A DNA stretch of 61,379 nt, filler included. It is 5 parts of 5 records of this genome, joined end to end, with 100 filler letters (N's around TTAATTAATTAA, not from the genome) between each part and the next. Parts side by side here need not be neighbours in the genome. Positions count along the whole stretch, not along the records: positions 1 to 19,281 come from SRR22947725_2274; 4 more parts are not named here. One strand, given 5' to 3'. The translations under genes were made by a program, and so were the position numbers. Within the stretch, counting starts at the first letter, position 1. The number at the start of each line of letters is the position of its first letter. The notes beneath the pieces were generated by a model that worked only from the letters and a program-made list of their open reading frames with translations, ran no database searches and had not been told where the DNA came from. Positions 1-10,284 of the stretch are shown in pieces.

Positions 1-234
1 AACACCGATCATCATTATCACAAATAAAAACAGTGTCATAACAGCTCCTGCGTAAACTAACATTTGAACCATTGCTACAAATGTTGCATTCAGGGTTATG
101 TAAATAATTGCTAGAGATGAAAGTGTCAATACAAGCCCCATCGAATTATGGACTGGATTTTTTGCAAAAATTACAATTAAAGCTCCAAGAATTACAAGAC
201 CAGCGGGGACTGCAAACAAAAAGATTTCTAACAC
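1..234 (-). CDS. nuoJ: NADH-quinone oxidoreductase subunit J, 5' part (runs off window start)
   Basis: Not in the ORF track. Manual translation from GTG at 234 gives MLEIFLFAVPAGLVILGALIVIFAKNPVHNSMGLVLTLSSLAIIYITLNATFVAMVQMLVYAGAVMTLFLFVIMMIGV, with the NuoJ NPVH and VYAGAV..LFLFVIM motifs; directly follows nuoI. Confidence 0.93.
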   Translation of the reverse strand, partial: MLEIFLFAVPAGLVILGALIVIFAKNPVHNSMGLVLTLSSLAIIYITLNATFVAMVQMLVYAGAVMTLFLFVIMMIGV

Positions 235-237
235 TTG

Positions 238-852
238 TTACTCTTCCTCCAATGTTTGGCCTTTTTCAGGTGCTCGCTCACCGTAGCCAAGTGTATTTGT
301 CCAGCCAACAATATTCTCAAAATCTGGATTACCGTTTGGTGCTGTTGCTCTCATCCATCCATCTATTTTGGTCAGTTCTTCTGGATTCGTTAATTTAGTT
401 TGCTCTTCGTGGGTATTTGCTGAGCCATCTTCTTTAACAAGTAGGACAGACTTATCGAAGACTGCATCAGATCTATCTGTAACACTCATTTCAAAGAGTG
501 AAGTCATCGTTATAGCTTCTGTTGGACAGGCTTCTACACATAAACCACAGTAAATGCATCTCAACATATTTATTTCGTAAATGAACCCATATCTTTCTCC
601 AGGACTTACTGGATTGTCTTCCGGATTGTCTTCACCTCGAACATATATGCATTGTGCAGGACAAGCTCCAGCACAAAGTTCACAACCAATACATTTTTCC
701 ATACCATCTTCATACTTGTTAAGAACGTGCCTTCCATGAAAACGCTGTGGTTTTTCTCTAAATTCTTTAGGGTATTTGTCTGTAACCGATTTCCTGAATA
801 GCTCTCTAAAAGTTACTTTTAATCCCTTTAATAAATCATATCCACTACTCAT
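238..852 (-). CDS. nuoI: NADH-quinone oxidoreductase subunit I
   Basis: Two CxxCxxCxxxCP ferredoxin motifs (CIGCELCAGACP, CIYCGLCVEACP); operon position. Confidence 0.97.
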   Translation of the reverse strand: MSSGYDLLKGLKVTFRELFRKSVTDKYPKEFREKPQRFHGRHVLNKYEDGMEKCIGCELCAGACPAQCIYVRGEDNPEDNPVSPGERYGFIYEINMLRCIYCGLCVEACPTEAITMTSLFEMSVTDRSDAVFDKSVLLVKEDGSANTHEEQTKLTNPEELTKIDGWMRATAPNGNPDFENIVGWTNTLGYGERAPEKGQTLEEE

Positions 853-855
853 TGT

Positions 856-1953
856 TTAACTCCACGGTAGACCAAATTCTCTAACTCCTAAAACAATAGA
901 AGATAGTATAAGCCAAACTAAAGAAATTGGGATAAGCCTCTTCCATCCTAATTCCATTAATTGGTCATAACGCAACCTTGGTAAAGTAGCTCTTATCCAT
1001 ACGTAAATGAACAGTAAAGAGAAGGTTTTAACTCCTAACCAAACTGCAGGCATGAACGCTGAAATAATAGGTGGAAGAATATTTGAAAATGTTGGTCCCA
1101 ACCATCCTCCTAAAAAAAATGTTGCTGTAATCGCACACATATTAAACATATTTATATATTCCGCTAGAAAGAACATTGCAAATCGAAAACCAGAATACTC
1201 TGTGTGAAATCCACCAACTAATTCTTGCTCCGCCTCAACTAAATCAAAGGGGGCTCTGTTTACCTCAGCGACTGAGGCTATAAAGAATATTGCAAATGCA
1301 ACGAATTGTGGAAATATATTCCACTTAGGAATAAAACTAACTATTGAGTTCAATATTGGAATCGGACTCGAGAGAAAACCTGACTGACTCTGAACAATGT
1401 CTTGCATCGACATTGAACCTGAGTAAAGAATAACTGGCACTAAAGCTAGACCCATAGCCGCTTCATAAGATATCATCTGTGCCGAAGCTCTGACTCCACC
1501 TAGAAGTGGATACTTAGATCCAGATGACCAACCTGCAAGAACAACGCTATAAACTGCTAACGAGGATATTGCTAGAAAAAATAATACTCCTACATTTATA
1601 TTTGCTCCGACTAAGTCAACTGTTACATTTTCACCTTGAAGAACAATGTCAAAACTTGGCCCTAAAGGGATAATCATAAAAATTAGAAAAGAAGGGACTA
1701 GGGCAAGTATTGGAGCCAACAAATACATAGCCCTATCAGCTTTTAAAGGGAGTATTTGTTCCTTAAGAAGTAACTTAACTGCATCTGCAACTGTTTGTAG
1801 AATTCCAAAAGGACCAGCTCTATCTGGACCCACTCTCGACTGCATTCCTGCTACTAATTTTCTCTCAAGCCAAATCAGTAAAATTGTATTCGTTAATAAA
1901 AGCCCTAAAACCAAAAAAGCTTTAGTTAATCCAATTATTAAATCAATTGACAC
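856..1953 (-). CDS. nuoH: NADH-quinone oxidoreductase subunit H
   Basis: ERKL..MQSRVGP, AEVNRAPFDLVEAEQEL, RLRYDQLM motifs; hydrophobic. Confidence 0.97.
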   Translation of the reverse strand: MSIDLIIGLTKAFLVLGLLLTNTILLIWLERKLVAGMQSRVGPDRAGPFGILQTVADAVKLLLKEQILPLKADRAMYLLAPILALVPSFLIFMIIPLGPSFDIVLQGENVTVDLVGANINVGVLFFLAISSLAVYSVVLAGWSSGSKYPLLGGVRASAQMISYEAAMGLALVPVILYSGSMSMQDIVQSQSGFLSSPIPILNSIVSFIPKWNIFPQFVAFAIFFIASVAEVNRAPFDLVEAEQELVGGFHTEYSGFRFAMFFLAEYINMFNMCAITATFFLGGWLGPTFSNILPPIISAFMPAVWLGVKTFSLLFIYVWIRATLPRLRYDQLMELGWKRLIPISLVWLILSSIVLGVREFGLPWS

Positions 1954-4276
1954 TTAGCTCCTTCATATTTGTTGCTTCTCTAATATCAAAATCTTTTGTT
2001 GGGTCAAGGTTCTTAAACCCTCTTCTGTTTATTGGAGCCAGAACTATATTGTCCGGTAAAAGATTGTTTATCTTGATATTTACAAAAATAGAGTGTTGAT
2101 CTTGTATTAAGTTTGCAGTTTTTGAGCTAATTCCAAACTTTTCTAAAGTTTTAGAATTCAATTCTATAAACCTTTCGGAACCCAGCATTGAAATAGAGGG
2201 TGAGTTGATTTGTGTGCTTGAATCTCCATAAAGTCTCTTTACCATCAGGATTGATAAATCATTTTTTTCTAAATCTTTGATATTTATATCAATATTTTTT
2301 CTATTCTTCATTCCAAAAAGATTTGAAGGCTTGTTGAGATTTTCAAATGAAGGCAATTCTTCATTATTTTCATATTCATCACATAAAGCTTTATTAATTT
2401 CATCAACATTTTCATATTTGATTTCTTTATCAAGAGATTTTGAAATCATTGTAAGGTATTCCCACTCTGATAGAGCTGAACCTGGACCAGGAAGAATTTT
2501 ATTTTGTTTTAATACTCTCATCTCCATATTTGTAACAGTTCCCTCTTTTTCACCAAAAGAAGTAGTTGGTAATATTAGATCAGCTAATTCTGTAGTTGCA
2601 TTTATAAATATATCTAGAGAAACTACAAAGTCTGCTTTTTTTAAAATATTTTCTATCTTTGAGCCAAAAAATGATGCGTTTACTGGGTTAGCTCCAATTG
2701 TAAATACTATATTTTTATTAGATTCTTCATATTCGTTACAAAATTCATTTAGTCCTTTTATCTGATCTATGTGCTGCAAAGCCCCAAAAGTATTAGCTTT
2801 AGTAAAACAATTTAAAAACTTAGCCTGTGAATATTTTTGAATGTGGTCTACTAGGTTATCTAGATATTTCTTCTGCTGTAATGGGGTTGACTTTCCAACA
2901 ATTATAGTAACTTTTTTATTTTCAATAATGTTTTGAAATTCCTTTATATTTCCTAGATTGGTTTTTAACTCAAAATTATTAGAAATAACATCTTGACCTA
3001 GATATAAATCTGCAAGACTCTCTAAAGATGAGTTTGTATGACCTAGCACAACCAACTTAACTCCATTTTTAACCGCTTTTTTTATTCTTAAAAATAAAAC
3101 TGGTATGTTATCTTTAATATCTTCTGACCAAACAACTATTACATCTGAACTATCAAGGTCTTCAAAACTTGCGTTTTGATGATTCTCTCCAAAATATCCA
3201 CTAAACATGTTGTCATCAGCAAAATAAACATTGGACTTGTCTTTACTTAAAAATTCATTTCTGTTCATTAAGTTGGCAAATTTATTTATGACAAAATATT
3301 CTTCATTTGTACTGTTTGCGCCAATCAGAAATTTTATGTCTGGGTTGTGTAACTCTTCGATTTTATTTTTAAGCTTCTCTGTAGCTTCTGAAATGTTTGC
3401 ATCAACAAAACTATTATTATCTTTTAACTTTATATTCGTCAAACGATTGTCTGAATGTAGGTACTCAAAGTTATACCTACCCTTATCTGATAACCATCCC
3501 TGATTTGTAAACTCATTATCTTCACCGAGAATTCTTAACATTTTATTTTGAGAAACATTCAACTCAACAGAGCATCCTAGTGAGCAACAGTTACAAGTAG
3601 ACGAGACTTTTTTTAGATCCCAAGGTCTTGCTTTAAATCTATAACTTGTTGCCGTTAAAGCTCCCACAGGACAAATTTGAACTGTGTTACCAGAAAAATA
3701 TGATTTAAATGGTTCATCTGGAAATGTATTAACTTGTGTTTTGTTTCCTCTTTGTATGAACTCAATCAGTGGGTCACCTGAAATTTCATCAGAGAACCTT
3801 GTGCATCTGGCACATAAAATACATCTTTCTCTATCTAGCAAAACAATATCTGATATAGGGATAGGTTTTTCAAAATGTCTCTTCTCCTCAATAAACCTTG
3901 ATTCTCCTGGACCATATGCCATTGTTTGATCTTGTAGAGGGCACTCACCTGCCTTGTCACAAATAGGGCAATCAAGAGGGTGGTTAATAAGTAAAAATTC
4001 TAGAACTCCTTCTTGAGCTTTTTTAACTGTGTTGGATTCTGTTTCAACAATTAATTCGTCAGTAACCTGGGTGGTGCAGGATGGAACTAGGGCCTTTCCT
4101 CTAGGTGTTTCAATTTCAACAAGGCACATGCGACACATACCTACAGGATCTAGTCTTTTGTGCCAACAAAATCTTGGTATATGTATACCTGAATCTTCAC
4201 AAGCTTCTATAAGAAGCTGTCCTTGCTTTCCCTCAAGGGTCTTTCCGTCTACTGTGAAAGTTATTTTTTCTGTCAA
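1943..4276 (-). CDS. nuoG: NADH-quinone oxidoreductase subunit G
   Basis: IPRFCWH..GMCRMCLVE, HPLDCPICDKAGECPLQD and RCILCARC Fe-S motifs. Confidence 0.96.
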   Translation of the reverse strand: MTEKITFTVDGKTLEGKQGQLLIEACEDSGIHIPRFCWHKRLDPVGMCRMCLVEIETPRGKALVPSCTTQVTDELIVETESNTVKKAQEGVLEFLLINHPLDCPICDKAGECPLQDQTMAYGPGESRFIEEKRHFEKPIPISDIVLLDRERCILCARCTRFSDEISGDPLIEFIQRGNKTQVNTFPDEPFKSYFSGNTVQICPVGALTATSYRFKARPWDLKKVSSTCNCCSLGCSVELNVSQNKMLRILGEDNEFTNQGWLSDKGRYNFEYLHSDNRLTNIKLKDNNSFVDANISEATEKLKNKIEELHNPDIKFLIGANSTNEEYFVINKFANLMNRNEFLSKDKSNVYFADDNMFSGYFGENHQNASFEDLDSSDVIVVWSEDIKDNIPVLFLRIKKAVKNGVKLVVLGHTNSSLESLADLYLGQDVISNNFELKTNLGNIKEFQNIIENKKVTIIVGKSTPLQQKKYLDNLVDHIQKYSQAKFLNCFTKANTFGALQHIDQIKGLNEFCNEYEESNKNIVFTIGANPVNASFFGSKIENILKKADFVVSLDIFINATTELADLILPTTSFGEKEGTVTNMEMRVLKQNKILPGPGSALSEWEYLTMISKSLDKEIKYENVDEINKALCDEYENNEELPSFENLNKPSNLFGMKNRKNIDINIKDLEKNDLSILMVKRLYGDSSTQINSPSISMLGSERFIELNSKTLEKFGISSKTANLIQDQHSIFVNIKINNLLPDNIVLAPINRRGFKNLDPTKDFDIREATNMKELSVN

Positions 4277-5565
4277 CTTACAACTACTTTCTTAGGTAGC
4301 AATACTTCTACTTCTGATCTGAAGTCTTTCATTAAAGATACGATTGAGGCCGTTGCAGATGGACCTAGTGGACATATTGTTGTCATTTTTGGAGGCCATG
4401 TCAATCCTGGAGAGATATTGTCACAAACATCAAGTAATAAATCTATATCAGATGCTCGACCTCTTCCTGAGGCAATTCTGTCTAAAATATTTTCTAGCCA
4501 AGTTGTTCCTTCTCTACATGGAGTACATTGACCACACGATTCGTGTGCAAAAAAGCTAACTAAGCTTTTTGCTGCAAAAAGAAGGTTCGTATCTTCATCC
4601 ATCATTACGACAGCCCCTGAACCCAGCATTGAACCTTCGTTTGCTACATCATCTATTGTCATTTTTACATCTAATTGGTCACCTCTCAACCAAGGGGCAG
4701 AAGCTCCTCCAGGTATATAAGCTTTTATGGATTTTTCGTTTCTCACACCTTTTCCTAAGCTTTCAACAAATTCTCCAAATGAAGACCCCATTTCTATTTC
4801 ATAATTTCCAGGATTATTAATGTGACCCGAGAGGCTGAAAATTCGTGTCCCAGTAGAACCCTCTACTCCTAAACTTGCATAGTCTTTTCCAGAATTGTTC
4901 ATAATCCACGGAACTGAAGAAATAGTTTCAACATTATTTACCAAAGTTGGTTTATTATATAGTCCCTTGACTGCAGGGAAGAATGGAGGTTTCAATCTTG
5001 GTTCCCCTCTTCTACCCTCTAAAGAGTTAAGTAAAGCTGTTTCCTCACCACATATATATGCGCCAGCACCTAAGTGGACAACAATGTCTAAATCCATAGA
5101 TGATCCAAAAATATTTTTACCTAAATATCCTTTTTCATATGCCTGTTCAACTGCACTTTGAACTCTTCTTGCAGGCTTGGCATATTCCCCTCTAATGTAT
5201 ATAAAAGCCTTTGAGATATTTGCTGCAAAACAGGTAATTATCATTCCTTCAATTAACTGATGTGGATCTCTTTCAAGAAGTATTCTATCTTTAAATGTAC
5301 CTGGTTCAGATTCGTCTGCATTTATGACAAGATAGCGTTCTTGGTCCTCAGCTAAAAAACCCCACTTTACCCCAGTTGGAAATCCTGCTCCACCTCTACC
5401 TCGAATGTTTGAGCTCTTGATTTCTTCAAGAACTGATTCGGGAGTTCCAGATTTCAAAACTTTTTTTACTCCCTTGTAACCTCCATTTTTTTCATAAGAT
5501 TTCAATAGATGACTGTCTTCGGGGTTTTCTCTCATGTGCTTTGTTAGTAGGATGGTCTCTTTCAT
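4273..5565 (-). CDS. nuoF: NADH-quinone oxidoreductase subunit F
   Basis: RGRGGAGFPTG, NADESEPGTFKDR, GAGAYICGEETAL, ESCGQCTPCREG. Confidence 0.97.
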   Translation of the reverse strand: MKETILLTKHMRENPEDSHLLKSYEKNGGYKGVKKVLKSGTPESVLEEIKSSNIRGRGGAGFPTGVKWGFLAEDQERYLVINADESEPGTFKDRILLERDPHQLIEGMIITCFAANISKAFIYIRGEYAKPARRVQSAVEQAYEKGYLGKNIFGSSMDLDIVVHLGAGAYICGEETALLNSLEGRRGEPRLKPPFFPAVKGLYNKPTLVNNVETISSVPWIMNNSGKDYASLGVEGSTGTRIFSLSGHINNPGNYEIEMGSSFGEFVESLGKGVRNEKSIKAYIPGGASAPWLRGDQLDVKMTIDDVANEGSMLGSGAVVMMDEDTNLLFAAKSLVSFFAHESCGQCTPCREGTTWLENILDRIASGRGRASDIDLLLDVCDNISPGLTWPPKMTTICPLGPSATASIVSLMKDFRSEVEVLLPKKVVVS

Positions 5566-6176
5566 TAAATTTCCTCTTGCATCTCATAAGTTTGAAAACC
5601 TGGAACTGGACTTGATGAGCCAGTGTTATCTTCAATAGCCCAATCAAAAGATTTTGTACCACCAAACTTTAATTGAAGCTCATCAGCAACCACAACTTTT
5701 GGTTGTTCTTCTTTAAGCCATTTACATAAATCTACCGCTTTTTCTGGAGTTAACCCCTCAACGGTCTCATAATTGACCTGAATAGCTGGTGCTCCTCCAC
5801 ATGCTCCAATGCATTCGACAGACTCATATGTGAAAAGTCCCTCGTCGTCTGTTTCGTTGTTGCTTAAATTTGTAAATTCTTTGACCTTTTGAATTACATT
5901 GCTTGAATTACTAATTTCACAAGAAATTGATTTACAGACACTCAATAAATATTTTCCAGTAGGCTCTTGTTTGTACATAGAGTAAAAAGATGCTACGGAT
6001 TGAACTTGAACTTCTGTTATTCCAATCAGTCTGCTTATTTCTACAATCGAGTCATCAGAAATATAACCATCTTTGTCCTGAGCTAAATAAAGCAGGGGGC
6101 CAAGAGCAGATCTCTTTTGAGGATACATTTCAATAATTTCTTTAGCCTTATCTATCCTTGCATTTTCCCAAGTCAT
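5565..6176 (-). CDS. nuoE: NADH-quinone oxidoreductase subunit E
   Basis: VASFYSMY, CKSISC...ECIGACGGAP 2Fe-2S motif. Confidence 0.95.
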   Translation of the reverse strand: MTWENARIDKAKEIIEMYPQKRSALGPLLYLAQDKDGYISDDSIVEISRLIGITEVQVQSVASFYSMYKQEPTGKYLLSVCKSISCEISNSSNVIQKVKEFTNLSNNETDDEGLFTYESVECIGACGGAPAIQVNYETVEGLTPEKAVDLCKWLKEEQPKVVVADELQLKFGGTKSFDWAIEDNTGSSSPVPGFQTYEMQEEI

Positions 6177-7528
6177 CTGTCAACATCTCCTATTACAGGG
6201 TCTAAAGATGCTATCGCAGCAACTGCATCAGCTATTGGACTGTCTGCCATAACTACTGGTAAAGCCTGTAGATTACAAAAGGATGGACCTCTTACATGCA
6301 TACGATATGGTTTTGATGAACCATCTGAGACTATATAACAACCAAGCTCGCCTCTAGGAGACTCAACGGCAACATATGCTTCTCCTTCAGGTACCTTAAA
6401 TCCCTCTGTATAAATTTTAAAATGGTGTATCAAAGCCTCCATTGACTCATCTAACCTTTTTCTAGGTGGTGGTGTAACTTTCTTGTCTTGGATTTTGTAG
6501 GGGCCTTTAGGCATATTATTCATTGCTTGTTCAACAATTTTTAGACTTTCTAAAATTTCTAACACCTTGATTCTCCATCGAGCAAAAACATCACTTTCTT
6601 GCAGAACAGGTACTTCAAAATCATACTTTTCAATTCCAGAATAAGGTTGCATTTTCCTAAGATCCCATCCATACCCAGATGCTCTTAAGCTTGGGCCAGT
6701 AATTCCATAAGCTAGGCACTCTTGAGTAGTTAAAATCCCAACATTTTGCAATCTTCCCTTCCAGATTGGATTGTCTAATAACATTTCATCATAATCTTTA
6801 AGTTTTTCCGGTATAATTTTTAAGATTTCTTTTATGTCTTTTTGCCAATCATCAGGAAGATCGGCAGCGACCCCACCGGGTCTAATGTAGTTGTGGTTCA
6901 TTCGTAAACCTGTAGTTTTTTCAAAAAAATTAAGAAGTAATTCTCTTTCCCTGAATCCAAATATCATCATAGATAAAGCACCTATATCCATTCCTCCAGT
7001 AGCTAAAGCAACCAGATGTGAGGAAATTCTATTTAGTTCAGTCATCAAAATTCGTATAGTTTGAGCTCTGGCTGGGACTTCTATATCTAAAAGTTTTTCA
7101 GTAGTCAGTGAGAACACTAATTCATTAAAAAATGGTGATAAGTAGTCCATTCTGGTTGTGTTTGTTGGTCCCTGAAGATACGTAAGCTCCTCACCAGTTT
7201 TCTCCATACCTGTGTGTAAATAACCTATGATTGGCTTAACTCTTCTGACAGCTTCTCCCTCTAGTTCAACTTGAAGTCTTAACACGCCATGGGTTGAAGG
7301 ATGCTGAGGTCCCATGTTAACGATCATTCTTTCATCTTCAGAGGTTTCTTCGTCTATAAAGTAATCATCTACTACGTCAGAACCTGTTTGAATTTTTAGT
7401 TGCTGTTCAGATTCCTCTTCACTCATCTTCTGAGAACCTTCGTCTGTTGAATCTATTTTCCAACCACCTTCTTCAGAATTTGTTGCCCAAAATTCCAAAT
7501 CTTCTGAGTTTTCTTTATTTTTAACCAT
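6173..7528 (-). CDS. nuoD: NADH-quinone oxidoreductase subunit D
   Basis: NMGPQHPSTHGVLRL, GYLHTGMEK, ESPRGELG, C-terminal GDVDR. Confidence 0.97.
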   Translation of the reverse strand: MVKNKENSEDLEFWATNSEEGGWKIDSTDEGSQKMSEEESEQQLKIQTGSDVVDDYFIDEETSEDERMIVNMGPQHPSTHGVLRLQVELEGEAVRRVKPIIGYLHTGMEKTGEELTYLQGPTNTTRMDYLSPFFNELVFSLTTEKLLDIEVPARAQTIRILMTELNRISSHLVALATGGMDIGALSMMIFGFRERELLLNFFEKTTGLRMNHNYIRPGGVAADLPDDWQKDIKEILKIIPEKLKDYDEMLLDNPIWKGRLQNVGILTTQECLAYGITGPSLRASGYGWDLRKMQPYSGIEKYDFEVPVLQESDVFARWRIKVLEILESLKIVEQAMNNMPKGPYKIQDKKVTPPPRKRLDESMEALIHHFKIYTEGFKVPEGEAYVAVESPRGELGCYIVSDGSSKPYRMHVRGPSFCNLQALPVVMADSPIADAVAAIASLDPVIGDVDR

Positions 7529-7530
7529 GC

Positions 7531-7941
7531 CTAATCCACCTTTGGTGCGTTTTTAAACTGTACTGGTATTCTTCCAGACCCATAATCTTTTCTGAGTGGA
7601 TACCCTATCCAATCATCTGGCATTAAGATTCTCGTTAACTCTGGATGATTTTCGAATAGAATCCCAAACATGTCAAAAACTTCTCTTTCATAAAAATTAG
7701 CACCTGGATAAATATCTGTAATTGAAGGAACGGTTAGAGTTTTATCATCAACTTTTACCTTTATTGTCTTTCTCTTATTTTTAGAAAGAGATAATAAATT
7801 AACAACTACTTCAAATCGAGGTTCTTTTTTTCTGAACCAATCAACAGCGGTAAGATCAACCATCATCTCATACCCCTCGTTGAATAAAGTTTGGATGTCT
7901 TGGTGATAATCCTTAACATCAACATGTTGTACTTCTGTCAT
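7531..7941 (-). CDS. nuoC: NADH-quinone oxidoreductase subunit C
   Basis: [31 protein letters not shown]. Confidence 0.96.
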   Translation of the reverse strand: MTEVQHVDVKDYHQDIQTLFNEGYEMMVDLTAVDWFRKKEPRFEVVVNLLSLSKNKRKTIKVKVDDKTLTVPSITDIYPGANFYEREVFDMFGILFENHPELTRILMPDDWIGYPLRKDYGSGRIPVQFKNAPKVD

Positions 7942-8399
7942 CTGTTAATTTCTCCAGCCATAATTTTGTCATGAAGAGTTAATATTCCATGCATGAGAGA
8001 CTGTGGTCCTGGAGGGCAACCCGGAACATATACATCTACAGGTACAATGTGATCAACTCCCTGCACTAAGGCGTAATTGTTAAACATACCACCAGTAGAA
8101 GAACATGCCCCCATGGCAATTACCCATTTTGGTTCTGCCATTTGATCGTAAACTTGTCTTAATACTGGAGCCATTTTTTGTGAGACTCTTCCTGCAACAA
8201 TCATAAGATCGGCTTGCCTAGGTGATGCCCTAAATACTTCCATCCCATATCTAGCTAGGTCATATTTTGCTGAACCAGCAGCCATCATCTCGATTGCACA
8301 ACAAGCTAAACCAAATGTAACTGGCCACATTGACTGAGTTCTAGACCACCTAACAGCTTTATCTATAGTTGTTGTAAAAATGTTATCAGGAGAATACAT
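7938..8399 (-). CDS. nuoB: NADH-quinone oxidoreductase subunit B
   Basis: [31 protein letters not shown] at 8399 preferred over TTG at 8402. Confidence 0.96.
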   Translation of the reverse strand: MYSPDNIFTTTIDKAVRWSRTQSMWPVTFGLACCAIEMMAAGSAKYDLARYGMEVFRASPRQADLMIVAGRVSQKMAPVLRQVYDQMAEPKWVIAMGACSSTGGMFNNYALVQGVDHIVPVDVYVPGCPPGPQSLMHGILTLHDKIMAGEINR

Positions 8400-8821
8400 C
8401 AAGCAACCTTTTCTGATTCAAGTTTTGGATTGAAAAGAGTTTTTTCAAAATATCTTTTTCTCCTTGGTGTGTTCCAGTCGAGAACACCTTTTTTCCAGAC
8501 ATAATAAAGAGTCTCAAGTACAAAAAAACTAAAGATTGCAATTACTAAAATCCCATACCAGCCAAGCTCGTTAAACCTAGTAGCCCACGCAAGAAGGAAT
8601 ATAATTTCAATATCAAATACAATGTAGAGCATTGCAACCATATAAAACTTAACTGGAAATCTTTGAGAGGGTTCTTCTTCAGGAAAAATTCCACACTCAT
8701 ATGGGGCTAGTTTCTCAGCAGTTGGGTTTTTTGGTGATAATAAGTAACTAACTCCTAAAGATACCAAGGCAAAACCAACTCCAATTATAAGCATTATTAA
8801 TATTGGTAGCCAATCGACCAT
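8399..8821 (-). CDS. nuoA: NADH-quinone oxidoreductase subunit A
   Basis: [19 protein letters not shown] motifs; AAGGAG RBS upstream. Confidence 0.96.
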   Translation of the reverse strand: MVDWLPILIMLIIGVGFALVSLGVSYLLSPKNPTAEKLAPYECGIFPEEEPSQRFPVKFYMVAMLYIVFDIEIIFLLAWATRFNELGWYGILVIAIFSFFVLETLYYVWKKGVLDWNTPRRKRYFEKTLFNPKLESEKVA

Positions 8822-8834
8822 GTTTCTCCTTTAT

Positions 8835-8852
8835 TTGTGAAAGTTTTCACAA
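8835..8852. promoter_or_regulatory. Rex operator (ROP) upstream of nuoA
   Basis: TTGTGAA-AGTT-TTCACAA matches the Rex consensus TTGTGAA-N4-TTCACAA exactly; just upstream of the nuoA RBS; rex gene about 1.4 kb away. Confidence 0.9.
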
Positions 8853-8896
8853 AGTTAATTATATTTTACTAGGAAATCAAGATTAATGTTTAATAC

Positions 8897-10168
8897 TTAA
8901 TTAGTTGTTTTTAGTAATTTAAGTAACCAAAGCGGAAGTAGGAACTTGCTTCCTAAAAGTACTACTTCTTTTATAGTAAGTCTTGCTTCGTCGAACAATA
9001 GTTCAACTACAAAATCAATAGTGTGCTGATCTATTGATGCAATGGCAAGTAATCTCTGTGTCATAAAGGGACTTTGTAACACAAGTCTTGCGAGTGCACA
9101 ACTTAAATAATGTTTAGAAAATCTCTTGTTAAAACTTTTTTCATATGCTCGAATTCCTTGATTTATCTTCTCATTTTCATTTTTAAGAAAGTTGTGTGTA
9201 TTTTCTGCAAGTAAAAAACCTGACTCCATACCATAAAAAATTCCCTCTCCACTCATTGGATTTATCATTGAACCTGCATCTCCAACTAGAGCAACTTGGT
9301 CATGAGCTAATTTGGGTCTTGAAGATGCGAAGGGAAGCATATAGCTTTTTTCCATTCTGATGTTATCAACAATTACTCCTCTACTTTCTAATGTCTCTAC
9401 AAAATCATTAAGCATTTCATTTATATTTTTATTCTCTTTTTTAAATAAACTAAGTGGCATTCCAATACCAATATTTATCAATGTGTCCTTACTTGGAAAT
9501 GCCCAGGCATAACCCCTTAAAGCAGAAACATTAATTTCAAACATTAAAGACCTTTCTTTAAAAATTTCTAAATAATTTGGACTGTCGATGTAAGCTCGGA
9601 TTGCAATAGCTTTGTGCCAATCAGTGTTTTGATTTAAATTTAAATTTTTTCTGACTCTTGAATTTGCTCCATCAGCTCCAACTAAGATTTTTGTCAAATA
9701 GGTCTCTTCCTCACCATCTGAATTTTTAAAGGTTACAGCAATTTTTTTATCTTTAGTTCTATCAAATCCTAAATATCTATATTCCTCATAAGAATCAACA
9801 TCTAGAGATTTTGCTAAATCAAAAATTCGATTATCGAGATCTAGCCGCGGAATAACGTATACAACAGAATCTTCTTTGTTTTTAACCTCCGGAATATAAT
9901 TTTGGATTCCAATATTTTTTGGGCCAAATAATGTAGTTGATACTACCTCTGGTTCCCCGTTTAATATATGTTCATTTCCGAACCTTTTTAATGCGTTGAT
10001 TACTCCTGGCCCTATTGCATCTCCACAAGATTTATCTCTTGGAAACTGGGATTTATCAAATATTGCAATATTTAAATCTGGATTCAAATGTTTATAAGAA
10101 ATAGCTGTGTTTGACCCAGCCGGACCCGCGCCGACAATAATTACATCATATTGTTTTGAATTAATCAT
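8897..10168 (-). CDS. Geranylgeranyl reductase family flavoprotein (MenJ-like menaquinone side-chain reductase)
   Basis: DVIIVGAGPAG FAD motif, FPRDKSCGD, GDAG..INPMSGEGI; this family sits upstream of nuoA in many actinobacteria. Confidence 0.85.
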   Translation of the reverse strand: MINSKQYDVIIVGAGPAGSNTAISYKHLNPDLNIAIFDKSQFPRDKSCGDAIGPGVINALKRFGNEHILNGEPEVVSTTLFGPKNIGIQNYIPEVKNKEDSVVYVIPRLDLDNRIFDLAKSLDVDSYEEYRYLGFDRTKDKKIAVTFKNSDGEEETYLTKILVGADGANSRVRKNLNLNQNTDWHKAIAIRAYIDSPNYLEIFKERSLMFEINVSALRGYAWAFPSKDTLINIGIGMPLSLFKKENKNINEMLNDFVETLESRGVIVDNIRMEKSYMLPFASSRPKLAHDQVALVGDAGSMINPMSGEGIFYGMESGFLLAENTHNFLKNENEKINQGIRAYEKSFNKRFSKHYLSCALARLVLQSPFMTQRLLAIASIDQHTIDFVVELLFDEARLTIKEVVLLGSKFLLPLWLLKLLKTTN

Positions 10169-10284
10169 TAGATAGTATCAAGTTAACTCAAATAGCAAAA
10201 AAACGTTAATTTATAAACTCAAAGCAATATAAATTATTTCTATCAGTTTATGATAAATTTCATACTTTATTAGATTGTGCATTA

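Noticed and set aside
108..5161. Many short + strand ORFs opposite the nuo genes, and similar shadow ORFs throughout the window
   Set aside because: Antisense or alternate-frame ORFs fully overlapping well-supported genes, with no recognisable motifs.
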